Assembly (NCBI GenBank): GCA_964016885.1
Contig: OZ024742.1
Location: forward strand, 239,382,001-239,446,000
DNA length: 64,000 nucleotides
Source: Eledone cirrhosa
Lineage: Eukaryota
Direction: 5' to 3'
Part shown: positions 13,553-27,569 of the stretch, piece after piece
Layout: each line of letters starts with the position of its first letter
Numbering within the stretch: position 1 is the first letter of the stretch
Notes under the pieces: model-generated
The model's database searches: none
What the model saw: only the letters and a program-made list of their open reading frames with translations
What the model was told of the DNA's origin: nothing
Translations under genes and position numbers: made by a program

Positions 13553-14285
13553 AGGTAACTAAACATATTGATACACATGTAACTAAACAGATACACATGT
13601 AACTAAACAGATACACATGTAACTAAACAGATACACATGTAACTAAACAGATACACATGTAACTAAACAGATACACATGTAACTAAACAAATACACATGT
13701 AACTAAACAGATACACATGTAGCTAAACAGATACACATGTAACTAAACACATCGATACACATGTAGCTAAACAGATACTCATGTAGTTAAACAGATACAC
13801 ATGTAGCTAAACAGATACACATGTAACTAAACAGATACACATGTAACTAAACAGATACACATGTAACTAAACAGATACACATGTAACTAAACACATTGAT
13901 ACACATGTAACTAAACAGATACACATGTAACTAAACAGATACACATGTAACTAAACAATTGCACATGTAGCTAAACAGATACACATGTAACTAAACAGAT
14001 ACACATGTAACTAAACAAATACACATGTAGCTAAACAGATACACATGTAACTAAACAGATACACATGTAACTAAACAAATACACATGTAGCTAAACAGAT
14101 ACACATGTAACTAAACAGATACACATGTAACTAAACAATTACACATGTAGCTAAACAGATACACATGTAACTAAACAGATACACATGTAACTAAACAGAT
14201 ACACATGTAACTAAACAGAAGCACATGTAACTAAACAGAAGCACATGTAACTAAACAGATGCACATGTAGCTAAGCAGGTGGATA
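13553..14285. repeat. 20-bp minisatellite (aactaaacagatacacatgt), about 36 copies
   Basis: Directly visible. Confidence 0.95.
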
Positions 14286-15039
14286 CACATGACTAAACAG
14301 ATAGATATACATATAAGTATAACTAAACAGATAGTGATGCATGTATTCTATTCTATCCTCAGTCATCCAGGGAAATGCCCCATTAATTCCAAATGTCACT
14401 TCCATTCGGCGATAGTCTTACTGTTTCAATCTATGTGTCTTCTAGTAGAGTGTTCACATAGGTAATTTTTCTTCTTCCTCTACTGGTAGAAGTTGCTATA
14501 GCACTAACTTGTTTGTCATCTCATGATTGTATCTGATGTAGTGACCTACAATTCAAATCCTTCTTTGTTGAAATTTTAATGAAGGTTTTGAAGATCATGA
14601 AAAGTTCTGCATTTGTTACAAACAGATAAATAAACAGGTAATTCATGGCACTCCAGCTAGTCAAAATATTGGCCATACACATTGTTGTACAGGCATATTG
14701 ACTGTTGGACAGTTGGATATAGATAGACAAAAGGATATAAAAATAATTAGACAGATGTTTTAACCCTTTAGCATTTAAACCGGCTGTATCCGGCCAGAAT
14801 TGTCTCATCTCTTTCTATTCAAACTGGCTGTAACTGACCACTCATACTTCTGTTAAGGTATTTATCTCAAAATAAATAACATCAAAATCTGATAGATTTG
14901 TTATTATGCGAGATAACATGTAAGATAAAGCATCTACCACAAAAATACAATAGTAAATATAGAGTAATGTAAATGCTTAAAGGTTAATTAATCCATCTGT
15001 TAAGACAATTCTATAAATACTTTATTATCTATTTTACAG

Positions 15040-15128
15040 TTAACACTGGTATTTGTGACCATGGTTCTGATTGCCCAGGGAATAAAGATTCGTGTAAAGA
15101 GGAAAAGTGCCGCCAGATTAATGTTCAG
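15040..15128 (+). CDS. TTC17: TTC17-like exon, Cys-rich (FNTGICDHGSDCPGNKDSCKEEKCRQINVQ)
   Basis: attttacAG acceptor, CAG|GTAAGG donor, 89 bp, phase 1/0 compatible with the previous exon. Confidence 0.8.
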
Positions 15129-15628
15129 GTAAGGTATTGGATTAAACTAAAAATCATTAGGGGAGGATTTCTTATAGAAAAATGCAGTTTAACAGATTAA
15201 TTGAACTCACCTTGACAGAAACATGAAAACTCAAAGGATGATGATGAAAATTGTCTGATAATAGTAAAGACTTTGGTTGCCCTATTACCATCAGTTGTGT
15301 GTGTGTGTCTGTTAGTCTGTGTATGTGTCTGTGTGTACACTAATTTCAACATAAGTACTAGTGAAGGACAAATTACCATAAAACACTATACAGCTAAATC
15401 ATTCATTGATGGAAAAACTTGCTTGATAGAGTAGCTAATTATCCATTAAGCAACATTTTGTTGAAACATATTGATATATAGCGAAATCTGGGATCCAAAC
15501 ACCACTTTTTCTTCTTTTCCACACTTTCAGAACATTCTTATCCAGATATACACATTTATTTTAGAAGAAACAGGTATTTCCTCACCTATAGTGGTATGAC
15601 TCCTACTTTCATCACTATCTTCCCAGTT

Positions 15629-16738
15629 CTGGTGTCATGATAAAAGCCACCCAGTCAGCACTGTAAGGCTGTATTTCTGGTGTCATGATAAAAGCCACCC
15701 AGTCAGCACTGTAAGGCTGTATTTCTGGTGTCATGATAAAAGCCACCCAGTCAGCACTGTAAGGCTGTATTTCTGGTGTCATGATAAAAGCCACCCAGTC
15801 AGTACTGTAAGGCTGTATTTCTGGTGTCATGATAAAAGCCACCCAGTCAGTACTGTAAGGCTGTATTTCTGGTGTCATGATAAAAGCCACCCAGTCAGCA
15901 CTGTAAGGCTGTATTTCTGGTGTCATGATAAAAGCCACCCAGTCAGTACTGTAAGGCTGTATTTCTGGTGTCATGATAAAAGCCACCCAGTCAGCACTGT
16001 AAGGCTGTATTTCTGGTGTCATGATAAAAGCCACCCAGTCAGTACTGTAAGGCTGTATTTCTGGTGTCATGATAAAAGCCACCCAGTCAGTACTGTAAGG
16101 CTGTATTTCTGGTGTCATGATAAAAGCCACCCAGTCAGCACTGTAAGGCTGTATTTCTGGTGTCATGATAAAAGCCACCCAGTCAGCACTGTAAGGCTGT
16201 ATTTCTGGTGTCATGATAAAAGCCACCCAGTCAGCACTGTAAGGCTGTATTTCTGGTGTCATGATAAAAGCCACCCAGTCAGTACTGTAAGGCTGTATTT
16301 CTGGTGTCATGATAAAAGCCACCCAGTCAGCACTGTAAGGCTGTATTTCTGGTGTCATGATAAAAGCCACCCAGTCAGCACTGTAAGGCTGTATTTCTGG
16401 TGTCATGATAAAAGCCACCCAGTCAGCACTGTAAGGCTGTATTTCTGGTGTCATGATAAAAGCCACCCAGTCAGTACTGTAAGGCTGTATTTCTGGTGTC
16501 ATGATAAAAGCCACCCAGTCAGTACTGTAAGGCTGTATTTCTGGTGTCATGATAAAAGCCACCCAGTCAGCACTGTAAGGCTGTATTTCTGGTGTCATGA
16601 TAAAAGCCACCCAGTCAGTACTGTAAGGCTGTATTTCTGGTGTCATGATAAAAGCCACCCAGTCAGCACTGTAAGGCTGTATTTCTGGTGTCATGATAAA
16701 AGCCACCCAGTCAGCACTGTAAGGCTGTATTTCTGGTG
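15629..16738. repeat. 48-bp minisatellite x23
   Basis: Unit ctggtgtcatgataaaagccacccagtcag[c/t]actgtaaggctgtattt with a single variable position. Confidence 0.97.
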
Positions 16739-16831
16739 CAATGACAAAATACACCTAGTCTAGCCTGCAATGGTTGAAGCCATAATAAATAGTGAGCGAT
16801 GGGGAGAGCGGGGTGGGGGTGGGTGGAGGTA

Positions 16832-17529
16832 GTGACAGTGGGAGTTTGGTTCTTTTGTGTTGGACCTGATGTATATAAGAGAGAATAAGACCACCAGTTT
16901 ACCTACCTGTTTGTCAGTTTATAAAGTTCAGGAAACTTTTTTCTGTATACATCTATTTTCTTTCTACGAAATAGATAAAACTAAGGATTTAACTCATTAT
17001 TTCTTTAGATTTATGAGCTTGAGCATTACAGAGGAGCATATTTCCTTAGATTTGATGTAAAAAATTATGCAATATCATTTAACCATTAAAAACCTTAACA
17101 TAGTTTGGAAATAGTATAATATTTATTCTGTGTAAATATATTAAATTTTTCTCTACCTCAAAATTGTAAGCCCAACACTAATCACTAAGCTATGTGCCTT
17201 CATGAAATTGTACCTGTATACTCTGGAAAGTGGTAGTGTTTGGGCCACATTAAAATGTACCTAGTACACTCTGTAAAGTGGTAGTACTGGTACCATGATA
17301 AAATGCACCCAGTACACTCTGGAAATAGGTTGTGCTGGTGCTATAATTAAATGCACCCAGTATACTCTTGGCCAATTACATAAATGCATTTTTCTTTTAA
17401 TGAACACTATCTATGATTTTCATTTAAGTTTGAAAATAATTGAGAATTTGGAAACATACATAACTAACTTTTTCATTATCTATTTGGTGTTTGGAACATA
17501 ACTTAACAGAGGTTTGACCATAAAATTAA
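16832..17529 (+). repeat. 698-bp segment duplicated at 20445-21142
   Basis: Identical ORFs at an offset of 3613; I saw only one substitution. Confidence 0.95.
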
Positions 17530-17760
17530 GATGGAAGGTTTTTAGGTAAATATGAACACTTTAAAATTAATAGCTTATTATTATAGAAATAGGGACAGTT
17601 CCAGCTGGGTTGGTAATAAATAGTTAACAAAGAGGTCTTACATAAAATTATGATGGAAGGTTTTTAGATAAATATAAACATTTTAGAATTGGTTTCAGAC
17701 AATTTGGTATCAAAAGGGTTAATCCAATATATCTAAATTCATTCTTCTTCTTTTTTGCAG

Positions 17761-17772
17761 CCTCATGTATGA
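17761..17772 (+). CDS. Candidate terminal exon of the TTC17-like gene (PHV-stop)
   Basis: Very strong acceptor ttcttcttcttttttgcAG, then cct cat gta tga in phase 0. AATAAA near 18235. Confidence 0.4.
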   Translation, partial: PHV

Positions 17773-18469
17773 AGACACCCATGGCTATCTCTCACCACCA
17801 CTAAACCCACCCTATTTATGTTCTACCAACAATCGTGATGAGGGCTCTCAATCATTTTCATATAGTGACAACTAAATTATCTCAAGACATTTACAGGAAG
17901 TGCATCTGTGCACTGAACTCCTTGGTGGAGACATTTCTAGTTCAGTAGTTACCTGTAATTTCTGTACACCCATATATACATACATGTATCTATGTCTATG
18001 TGCATATACATACATACAAACATACACATATATGTATTGTATACATATGTGGCGTTTTTATACACATTGCAACTGATCTCTTGAAAACATATTGTTTATT
18101 TATTCCAGAACAAATTAAACAATGTTTGACTTAGTTGTCTCTTACTAATATTTTGTCCTCTTGTTTTTTTGTTGTTTTAAAGTTTTTTACTTATATATAT
18201 ATACATCTTTTTAATAGATATTTCTGAGATAAGAAATAAAAAAGAGACATCAAGACTAACCTGAAAAATATATGTTATATTTATTTAACTACATTTGTGG
18301 AACTATTTCACAAACTGATCTTATGATATTAATTGAAAAATTGTATATATGAATTTAATATTTCCAAACATTCACTGTTTAAAATATGATCAAAGGGAAA
18401 AAAAATATGATTTAGTGTATCATCATTATCATTATTTTTACACCCAGTTTTCCATGCCATGCAGAAGGC

Positions 18470-19030
18470 ATGTCTAGGAGGGCAGTGACTCTGAATTTAA
18501 TACGACTGATGGGGCAGATGTGGGCTCCATAAGCCATGGAAAAAACATCCCTTCTAAGAGGGCAATGGCTCTGAATAAAATACTACTGCATGAGGTAGTC
18601 GTGGGCTCCATAAGTGATGGAAAAAACAGCCCTTCTAGGAGGGCAGTGGCTCTGAATAGAATACTACTGCTTGGGGTAGATGTGGGCTCCATAAGCTGAA
18701 ATGGAGTCAACCCATCTAGGAGAGCAGCAACTCCAAATAAAAACTGATACAGGGCAAATGTAGACTCCATAAGATGTAATGATGACAACCCATCTAAGAG
18801 GGCAGACGTGAACTCCCTTAACTGTAGTGAAGGCAATCCATCTATGAGGGAAGTGACTCTGATTACAAATAACTGCATGGGACAGAAGTGGACACTGTAA
18901 GCCGTTTTGAAGGCAACCTATCTAGGAGGGCAGTGCCTCCAATTAAAAACAATTGCACGGGGAAGACGTGAATTCCATAATCTGTAGTGAAGGTAACCCA
19001 TCCAAGAGAGTAGACAGTCTGAATAAAAGC
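18470..19030. repeat. Degenerate ~65-70 bp tandem repeat (ccatctaggagggcagtgactctgaat...gggctccataag), about 8 copies
   Basis: Recurring motif with many substitutions. Confidence 0.75.
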
Positions 19031-19129
19031 TGTAAAGTGGTTGGTGATAGGAAGGGCATCCAACCCCCAAAATACCTGCTAAAATTATGGAAAATATAAC
19101 ATATAAGATTCACACTAATTGCATATACA

Positions 19130-21745
19130 GGTGGCCACTCTCAATGGAAAGTAAATCAGGGGCAAATTGTGGAGCTGTTAAAGAGAGAGAAGTGGGTGTA
19201 TGCTGTGTACACGAAATGAGATAGAGGGGTGCCTCAACATGACTACTCACAGGCAAACAACATCGATACAAACTTTTCATGATAGGAAATGATGATGGGG
19301 TAGCTGTTGTGGGCATAATATTAGTTGATAAATGGATAGATAAATATCAGAATTATCAAGCTTAGAATAGCTGTATGAAATAAAATGGTAATGGTGACAA
19401 TTACATCTACCTAAGTACTACAGGCAGGACTAAGTAAAGAACAAAAGGTCTGGTTCTATGAGGAACTTTTGCAGACAACTTCAGTTACTGATGAAAGAGA
19501 CCCCATCATCTAGGCAGGTGAGTTCAATGGACATGAACAGTACCAGGGTGGATTCACTGGAATTCATGATGGCTATGGTTAATACAAATTTCAAGAAACT
19601 GATTACATACCAAACACACAAGCCAGATTGATTTCTTACTTGTAAGACAAGATAGATAGACAGTAATAAATGCCTTACCCAGGGAAGAATGTGCCACCCA
19701 ACATAAGTTAGTTAATAATGACATCAGAATAAACACAACACAGAACAAGAGAGACAGGAAAATATGGAGATGGAAGGTTTGAAAGCTAAAGGACCTTTCT
19801 GTTAAATAAAGGTTTAGAAAGGCCCTACCAATGGTATTTGATGATGAGAAGGGAGACTAGTTAGATACATATGACATAGAGGACAATTGGAAATTATTAT
19901 GTGACAACCTATTGTGAACTATTGATGAGACTTGTGACTGGAGAAAAGCACAAGCCAAACAGAGGGTGACCTAATAGTGGAACAGCACAGTGTATAAAGC
20001 CATTAAAGCTGATGGTCCTTAAGAAAATTAGATGCAGAAGAATGGCTTGTGAGAGCAGTGGAAGTCATGCACAGAGGAGCTGTCAGTATAGTGTGAGTTT
20101 AGGGAAGAATTCAAGGTGCAGGTTCATCAGAGTTCAGTTGTCAGCCCACTGTTCATCATAGTTCTCCAGGCCATAACAGGGATGATCTGGTACTTATAGC
20201 TAATCCATAAAAGAACTAGAGAATAAGTTTCAAATATGGAAACAGAAAAGTGCTAGTAAGTAGGAAAGAAGATAGGACCCTCATTCCTTCAGGGAAGTGG
20301 CCCTGTTCAATATATAGAAAAGGAGTAGGCGAAAAGCCCTATATAATGTACACAAAGTAAATCTTGGCCACACAAGAGATTTAGTGGGATATCAGGTAGA
20401 CTACAGGACGGGAAGACTTAGTATGTAGAAGGTGCACAGGGGTTGTGACAGTGGGAGTTTGGTTCTTTTGTGTTGGACCTGATGTATATAAGAGAGAATA
20501 AGACCACCAGTTTACCTACCTGTTTGTCAGTTTATAAAGTTCAGGAAACTTTTTTCTGTATACATCTATTTTCTTTCTACGAAATAGATAAAACTAAGGA
20601 TTTAACTCATTATTTCTTTAGATTTATGAGCTTGAGCATTACAGAGGAGCATATTTCCTTAGATTTGATGTAAAAAATTATGCAATATCATTTAACCATT
20701 AAAAACCTTAACATAGTTTGGAAATAGTATAACATTTATTCTGTGTAAATATATTAAATTTTTCTCTACCTCAAAATTGTAAGCCCAACACTAATCACTA
20801 AGCTATGTGCCTTCATGAAATTGTACCTGTATACTCTGGAAAGTGGTAGTGTTTGGGCCACATTAAAATGTACCTAGTACACTCTGTAAAGTGGTAGTAC
20901 TGGTACCATGATAAAATGCACCCAGTACACTCTGGAAATAGGTTGTGCTGGTGCTATAATTAAATGCACCCAGTATACTCTTGGCCAATTACATAAATGC
21001 ATTTTTCTTTTAATGAACACTATCTATGATTTTCATTTAAGTTTGAAAATAATTGAGAATTTGGAAACATACATAACTAACTTTTTCATTATCTATTTGG
21101 TGTTTGGAACATAACTTAACAGAGGTTTGACCATAAAATTAACATCAGTGATATAAACTTTTCTCAATCTTGTGAAAGATCCATAGAAGTGGTTGATAGC
21201 TTCTGCTATCTAGGTGACCTAATTAGAAGTGGAGGAGGGTGCTGTGGGAGCATAATAGCTAGAATAAGGATAAGATGGAAGAAGTTTAAAGAGCTACACC
21301 TACTGTTGACAACAAAAGGTTTCTCCCTATGTACAAAAGGATGGCTGTATGACACATGTGTGCAAAGTGTGATGCTGCATGTTAGTGAAACTTGGGATGT
21401 GACTGTAGAGGAGAGAAATTAAGCAGCCATGCTTTGTCAGATGTGCAATGTAAATGTGAAAAAAAGGCAGAGCTTGGATGATCTGAGGGAGAAAGTGGGT
21501 TTAAGAGGAATCCGAAGTGGTGTGCAAGAAAGAAGACTACATTGATACAGACATGGATGATGATTGTTGGGTGAAGAAGTGCCAGGAAATCCCAGTGCAA
21601 GGGCAGAGGTGATGCGAGCTGGTCTCAAATCACTGAGACTCACACAGGCGGTAACAAATGGAGAGAGGCTGTGTTGAAAAGGACCCATTCAACCTATGTA
21701 AGCATGGAAAAGCGAATGTATAAATGACGATGATGATGATGATAT
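19130..21745 (+). mobile_element. Decayed RTE-like LINE interrupted by the 698-bp insertion
   Basis: Endonuclease and RT remnants (VVDSFCYLGD, VMLHVSETW); (gat)n tail at about 21725. Confidence 0.8.
20445..21142 (+). repeat. Second copy of 16832-17529
   Basis: Direct comparison. Confidence 0.95.
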
Positions 21746-24329
21746 ATAATGGCATAGCTGTGTGGTTAAGAAGTTTTCTTCATGACTCTTGGGGTTCTAA
21801 CCCACCTTGGACAAATGCCAACTAATTGCCTTGTTAGTAAATTCGGTAGACAGAAACTGTATAAAGAGACCCAATAAATCAAACATGCATATATATAAGT
21901 GTGTTTATTTTTCTCTTCACTTCAAATTTGATATTGTTAGTGTAGGCAATGATATTTGTTTATGTCCCTTTGTTCAGCAGGTAGACATGTGAAGATCTAT
22001 ACCTTACTTAAAAACAATAGTATCTGTCCATAGAATTCTGCCTCAACAAAGTCCATCCATGCCAGCATGGAAAATGATAGTGATTATGGTGATGATGATA
22101 TCATATTTATTTGTGTGTATGCTAGTCCACTCTGTGCTGGTGACATGACAAAAAGCACCCAATTCACTCTGAAAGCTGGCTGGCATTTATTTCCAGATTT
22201 TTAACCTAACAACATTTATCTATTGACTTATTTTTCATATTTGATGTACATATGTTCACTTTATGCTCACCAAAATAATAAGACTTCCCTCTCTTAATTC
22301 TGTAACTTTGCAGATGGGGTTATAAGTTTAACCAGAGTTCTGTCTACTCTAATCATTTCAACAAATATTCTTAAAATAACCAGAAACCTCATCGTCTTTT
22401 TACATCCATTTTTCCATGTTAGCATGAGTTGGATGGATCTTAGCATCTCACCACTTGTCTTGGTCTTTCATCATCTGACAAACTCAACAGCTGAAAAAAA
22501 GATCCTGGTTATTTCCTTTGTTATATCATTTTTGGCCTGGTTTTTACAACTGGTTACCCCCCTTTCACTGATCACTTTACAATATGGGCTGAAAGCATTC
22601 TACGTATGACATGGACATTAAAAAGGTTGTCAAGAATGAGACTAAAGAATCTCCTTATTCTACATTGTTTGCTCAATATGGTGTCAGAAAAAGTATAAAC
22701 TGCTGAACATTAAAGTTACCTTTCTTTCAATAGTCTGGTTAAATACACAGCTACCTTTTAGGTATTGGTTCCTGCTTATTGCATTCTCAGTTCATGTCCC
22801 ACTGAGGTGAACTTAGCCTTTTATTCTTTCTTCATTTATAAATAAAGTACAAATCTGCTACTGAGGTCGATTCTCTCTTTTTCTGAAAGTATTCCATTCT
22901 GGAGAGGGATGGACTCTGCCAGGTTTTAAAGTACTCAAGACATGCTGTGTGTCATGGTGATGCCCCTACAAGTTCATTAAGAGTTAAGTGCCCTTATTCA
23001 TCTTCAATCAATACTAGCATGTATGTATCTAAGCAGTGATTTAGGAATAAATGAATGAATTAATTACTCTTTCCATCCATCACAAGTTTACATCTTGCTG
23101 GGTTGACTTTGATTTACACAAATTAAAAGAAAGGAGTCAATCATCACATCAGACCAAGGAAACTATCTTACAACTCTTAGCAGAAACATCACCATTTTTC
23201 TGGCTGGTGCCAGAATTAATACTGTAAAGTATCTTGTCCTACTTGAGCAATTCTGCCAATCTACAACCTCTAGACTGGTTCTTTGTTTACTGACCTGTAA
23301 GTTGACCTCAACAGGATTTGAACTCAGAGCACAGGAAACTGGAACAAATATACTGAGGCATTTAACCTCTTCAGTACCATAGATGAGATAACTTGTCTTA
23401 ACATATATGCATTCCGGTGCCACAGACAAGATAACTCGTCCTAACATGTTTGAACCCTTTTCCAACAGTTCATAACTTCAAAGTTATGAAATCGTCTCTA
23501 AAAGTTCATAACTTGGAAGCTAGATGGGATTACTAGTTTATTGATGTGACATTTGTCAATCATTCAGATATGTGTTGTTAATAAATGTTTGTTTAAAAAA
23601 ATAGTCATTTTACAGAAAAAAAACCTGGCACAGCAACTCTAGCTGTGTAAAATATACACGGCAGTCAACAAGTTATAGTGGCACTTTAATGAGTCAGCCA
23701 ATATGTTGCTAAACTTGGATATATAAACAATAAAATCTTCCTATAGACACCTATAACAACCTTTTACATAATAACATTATTAATTCTTATAAATAAATAA
23801 ATAACAGTAACTTATAAAATAAAAACATAATAACCAAGACAAACTTGAAATCCTTTTGAAAACAACAACTAAAATGTTTCATTAAGCATTCTTGCTTAAT
23901 GAAACAGGCAGAGATTTTTTTGACATTATTGGGACGATGGGCTTATGATTTTGAATAGAGTGAGCAAGCATGCATAAGGAGAAATGAATAAGGATTTTTA
24001 ATTGAAGCACAAGCACGCAATTTTGGAACTGGATGAGGAAATTGACTATATCAACCCCTGTACTTGATTAGGACTTTATTTTATCAATCCTGAAAGGATG
24101 AAAGGGTCAATAAAATAAAATACCAATCAAGTACTGGAATTGATATAGTCAACTTTCTCCAAGTTCCTCCTGACTGAGTAGGCTATCAATGCTGGCTGCA
24201 GGCAAATATCAGTCCTAGCTCCACAAAATTTGGCACTCGCAGAAAGTATGCAGCACCTTGAGAATTGATCAGATTGATCAAAGAGAGAGTAGAAAGTATC
24301 TTTCAAATTTAAGTTATCCTAGATTCTTT

Positions 24330-24776
24330 CATCATCATCATCATCATCATCATCACCATTTTACGTCCGTTCTTCTACGCAAGCATGGGTTAGACGGGTT
24401 GTCCTGTTGTGGGCAGTGTCTGGTCGGTTGACCTTGTCTTGCTCATATGGGAACTGATTCTGACTTGATTTCTACAGCTGGATGCCCTTCCTAACACCAA
24501 CCACATTTACAGTGAGTGCTGGATGCTTTTTTTCCATGGCGCCGACATGTCCACTTTACAGTGTGGGCTGGGTGCTTTTTTGCCGTGGCAGCTCCACGAC
24601 CACTTTGCAGTGGAATGATATGGACCCCATCTCATTTCTACAGCTGAGTAAACTGGAGCAATGTGAAATAAAGTGTCTTGCTCAAGGAAACAACATATCA
24701 CCCGGTCCGAGAATTGGACTCACAACCTTTCGATTGCAAGCCCAATGCTCTAACCACTAAGCCATGTGCCTTCACA
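24330..24776 (-). mobile_element. Composite SINE-like repeat with (cat)n tail; related copy at 31163-31470
   Basis: Shares ctacagctggatgcccttcctaacacc...cttgctcaaggaaacaac with 31163-31470. A tRNA-like head lies at the right end on the minus strand. Confidence 0.7.
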
Positions 24777-25092
24777 TTGCTTAAGTTTATTCTGCTTTGT
24801 ATCAGGAATTGAGAAACCCAACTTCCTCCACTGTAGTAGGGTTTAATCCATTCTATGTTGGAGCTATGTCCAGTTTGGAAGGCTGTCAAAATTAATTTTT
24901 GAACTTGTTTGACAAGTGTCTAACTGAAAGAGAGCATGTATGCAGTGGTGGATCAAAAGTAGTGATGGGCTGTAGTCAGGAGGCTCACCATATTTAAAAG
25001 GCCTTAAAATAATTTTTGACTATCATAAATAATATATTAGGGCCCCAACCAAATTTTCAGCCAGAGACCCCATACAAGCTTCATCTGCTCCT

Positions 25093-25850
25093 GCAGATGA
25101 TCTTGCCTTGATTTCTCAATCTATAAAGGACACAGAATCCTTGCTGTAATCACTTGAGCAAGCAACAAATAAGGTTGGTCTCTATTGTAATGAGAGTAAG
25201 ACAGAATATATCACAACCTACCCTGAACCATCTGATTTGAAATCACTCAATTATACCTCCATCAAAAGCATCGAGAACTTTAAATACCTTGGCTCTTATG
25301 TCATAGACTCCCCAAAAGATTTCAACATCCGTAAAGCTCTGGCATGGGATGCGTGCAACAGGCTTGACAAGACTTGGCGCTCAAATTTATCATCCTCCTT
25401 GAAAGTCCAAATCTTTTGAATGTTGATTGAACCAGTACTACTATATGGATCAGAAACATGGACCTTATCTGTTTGTCTTGAAAGACGGCTGATGGAGCAT
25501 ATACAAATCTGCTCAGAAGAATCAAAAACATAAGCTGGAGATCACATGCAACACTCGAAACCATCTATGGAGCTTTGATTCCAATATCCCTCAGATTCAA
25601 GCAAACAAGACTATAGTTAACTGGTCACTGTCATCGAGCCAACAAAGAAATCATTTCATCTCTCCTTCTGTGGTATCCCTCTGGATGTGTCTATTTATGA
25701 AAACTGACTTTCCCCAGACACCATATCTCAGGACTCAGGGCTGGACATAATGGATCTGGGGGCAGCAATGCAGGACTGAACAGTGTGGAAAGGGATTGTC
25801 AAGAGAGTTCCGACTACCCACAGAGGAGTCGAAGGATGATGCTGATGATA
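25093..25850 (+). mobile_element. 3' fragment of an RTE-group LINE
   Basis: ADDLALIS, NESKTEYI, NFKYLGS, LLYGSETWTL; gat-rich tail. Confidence 0.8.
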
Positions 25851-27569
25851 GATGTATCTCAAATCCAGTGTGGATATTGATAGTCTTACTGTGGTCATCT
25901 TTATACACTGGACAAGTTGTATAGTCTTCTAGAGGCTTCACTTCTGCCACCTTTAGAATCACAGTAGCCAGTCACCAGCCTCCAAGCTAAAAGTAAGTAC
26001 TAGCAGGACTTAAGAGGATTTCATGTCAAACACAACCCTAATGGCTTTGGCACTGTCACCATTTTCTGGGCTGATGGCATGTTGCCCAAATGAAAATGAA
26101 GCTTCCAAATCTTTTTTCTCGATTTGCAACTTTTTCATCTTTTTTCTCTCTCACCGGAATATTTTCTTCTTACTGATTAATTCATGACTTTTCTTACTGG
26201 GGAAAAACAAATCTATGATAGTTTTCTGATGCAATCTTAACAACTTCATGATAAAATGAAAAAGTAACCTAAACTTACCTTGACAATATATAATAGACAA
26301 TAGTCTACTGTTAGGCAATCATAAATCATATACAGGTGTTTTGTGAGGTGGCTGTTTTGTATCAGACATTTGTGAAACAGTTCTGTTTGAATATGCTATA
26401 ACAGACACTATCAGTGCATGACAGTAATAATCTGATTTAGAGCAATTATCCTTGGTTCATCTTTGACATTCACTTATCAACAAACTAACTTGTAATTGTT
26501 TTCTCATTTTTCTTTCATTACATGAAGTATCTAATTAGCTATAATGTACATTCTACCAGGAGTTGCGACCGATAGTATCAGCAATGGAAATACCAAATGA
26601 AACATTGTTTCCTTGGTCCAATTTGAAGAGTGTCACTCCACTCAGTAAGTGAATGAGGCCTGGGATCTTGTTGATAGATTCCCTCTTTCTCTAATGTTCA
26701 TAATTGTATGAAGACACATGGCATAGTGGTTTATAGAGCTAGATTCATGATCATCAGGTCATGAGTTCGATTTATGGATTGGGCATCAAATTAGAAGACA
26801 CTTTATTTCACATTGATCCTGTCTACTCAGCTGGCAAAAATGAGTTGTACCTATAATTCAAGAGACCATTCTTGTCACATATTGTGCCATGCTGAATCAC
26901 TCTGAGAAGTACATTAAGGGTGGAAGCACATGTCTGTGGAATGCTCAGCTACTTACACATTAATATCATGGCAGATGTCCAACAACAATATTACTGTATT
27001 CTACATTCATTTATTTTACATGAAACTTACATATGTTTGGGGTTGTGACTTGTGATATGAAAAAAAATGAAAATCTATGAGATAATCCGGCGGTTATAAT
27101 GTCATGGTTTGTTATTGTTTCCCAGATGTCACCAGCCTCCAACACATCACAGGAGGCTGAACACACAGTTCAAACCACAAGCAAGCTGCTTGAATAAAGT
27201 AATAAATCCATGAAGTTCTTCCAAAGCCATGCAACAAAGTTAAAAAACAAAACAAAAACAAAATAATTAAAATAATGACATTTGCCTTTCTTCACTCTAA
27301 GGAACTAATAAATTGATAACAAAAAAACTGTTAAAACATTTGCCACCAAGGCCAGGTTATGGTCCCTTTGAGGCCCTACCTCCATATAAAAAGACTGCAA
27401 AATTTTTCAAATGACAAATACATTTAATTTGAATAATAGTGCTGCACTTCCCTTGATGTGCTTATTTTCTTAATGGTTAATCCAGCCCTGGGTTTCACTT
27501 ATAAAAAGTATCTTCAGGGTTGACTAGATGTATAAATTAACCACACAGATGACACAGTTACTGAGTCAC

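Noticed and set aside
15615-16754. 379-aa repeat ORF, or a CRISPR-like array
   Set aside because: A 48-bp tandem with no unique spacers and no cas genes. The unit length is divisible by 3, so the ORF is incidental.
24943-25093. Possible MITE (also about 2780-2865 and 27345-27490)
   Set aside because: Only degenerate TIR-like ends and no clear TSD; too weak to annotate.
26560-26644. Apparent exon with AG/GTAAGT, open in phase 0
   Set aside because: The same sequence (ggagttgcgaccgatag...gaaacattg) recurs in a repeat at about 42292, and it has no TTC17 similarity. Exonisation is not excluded.
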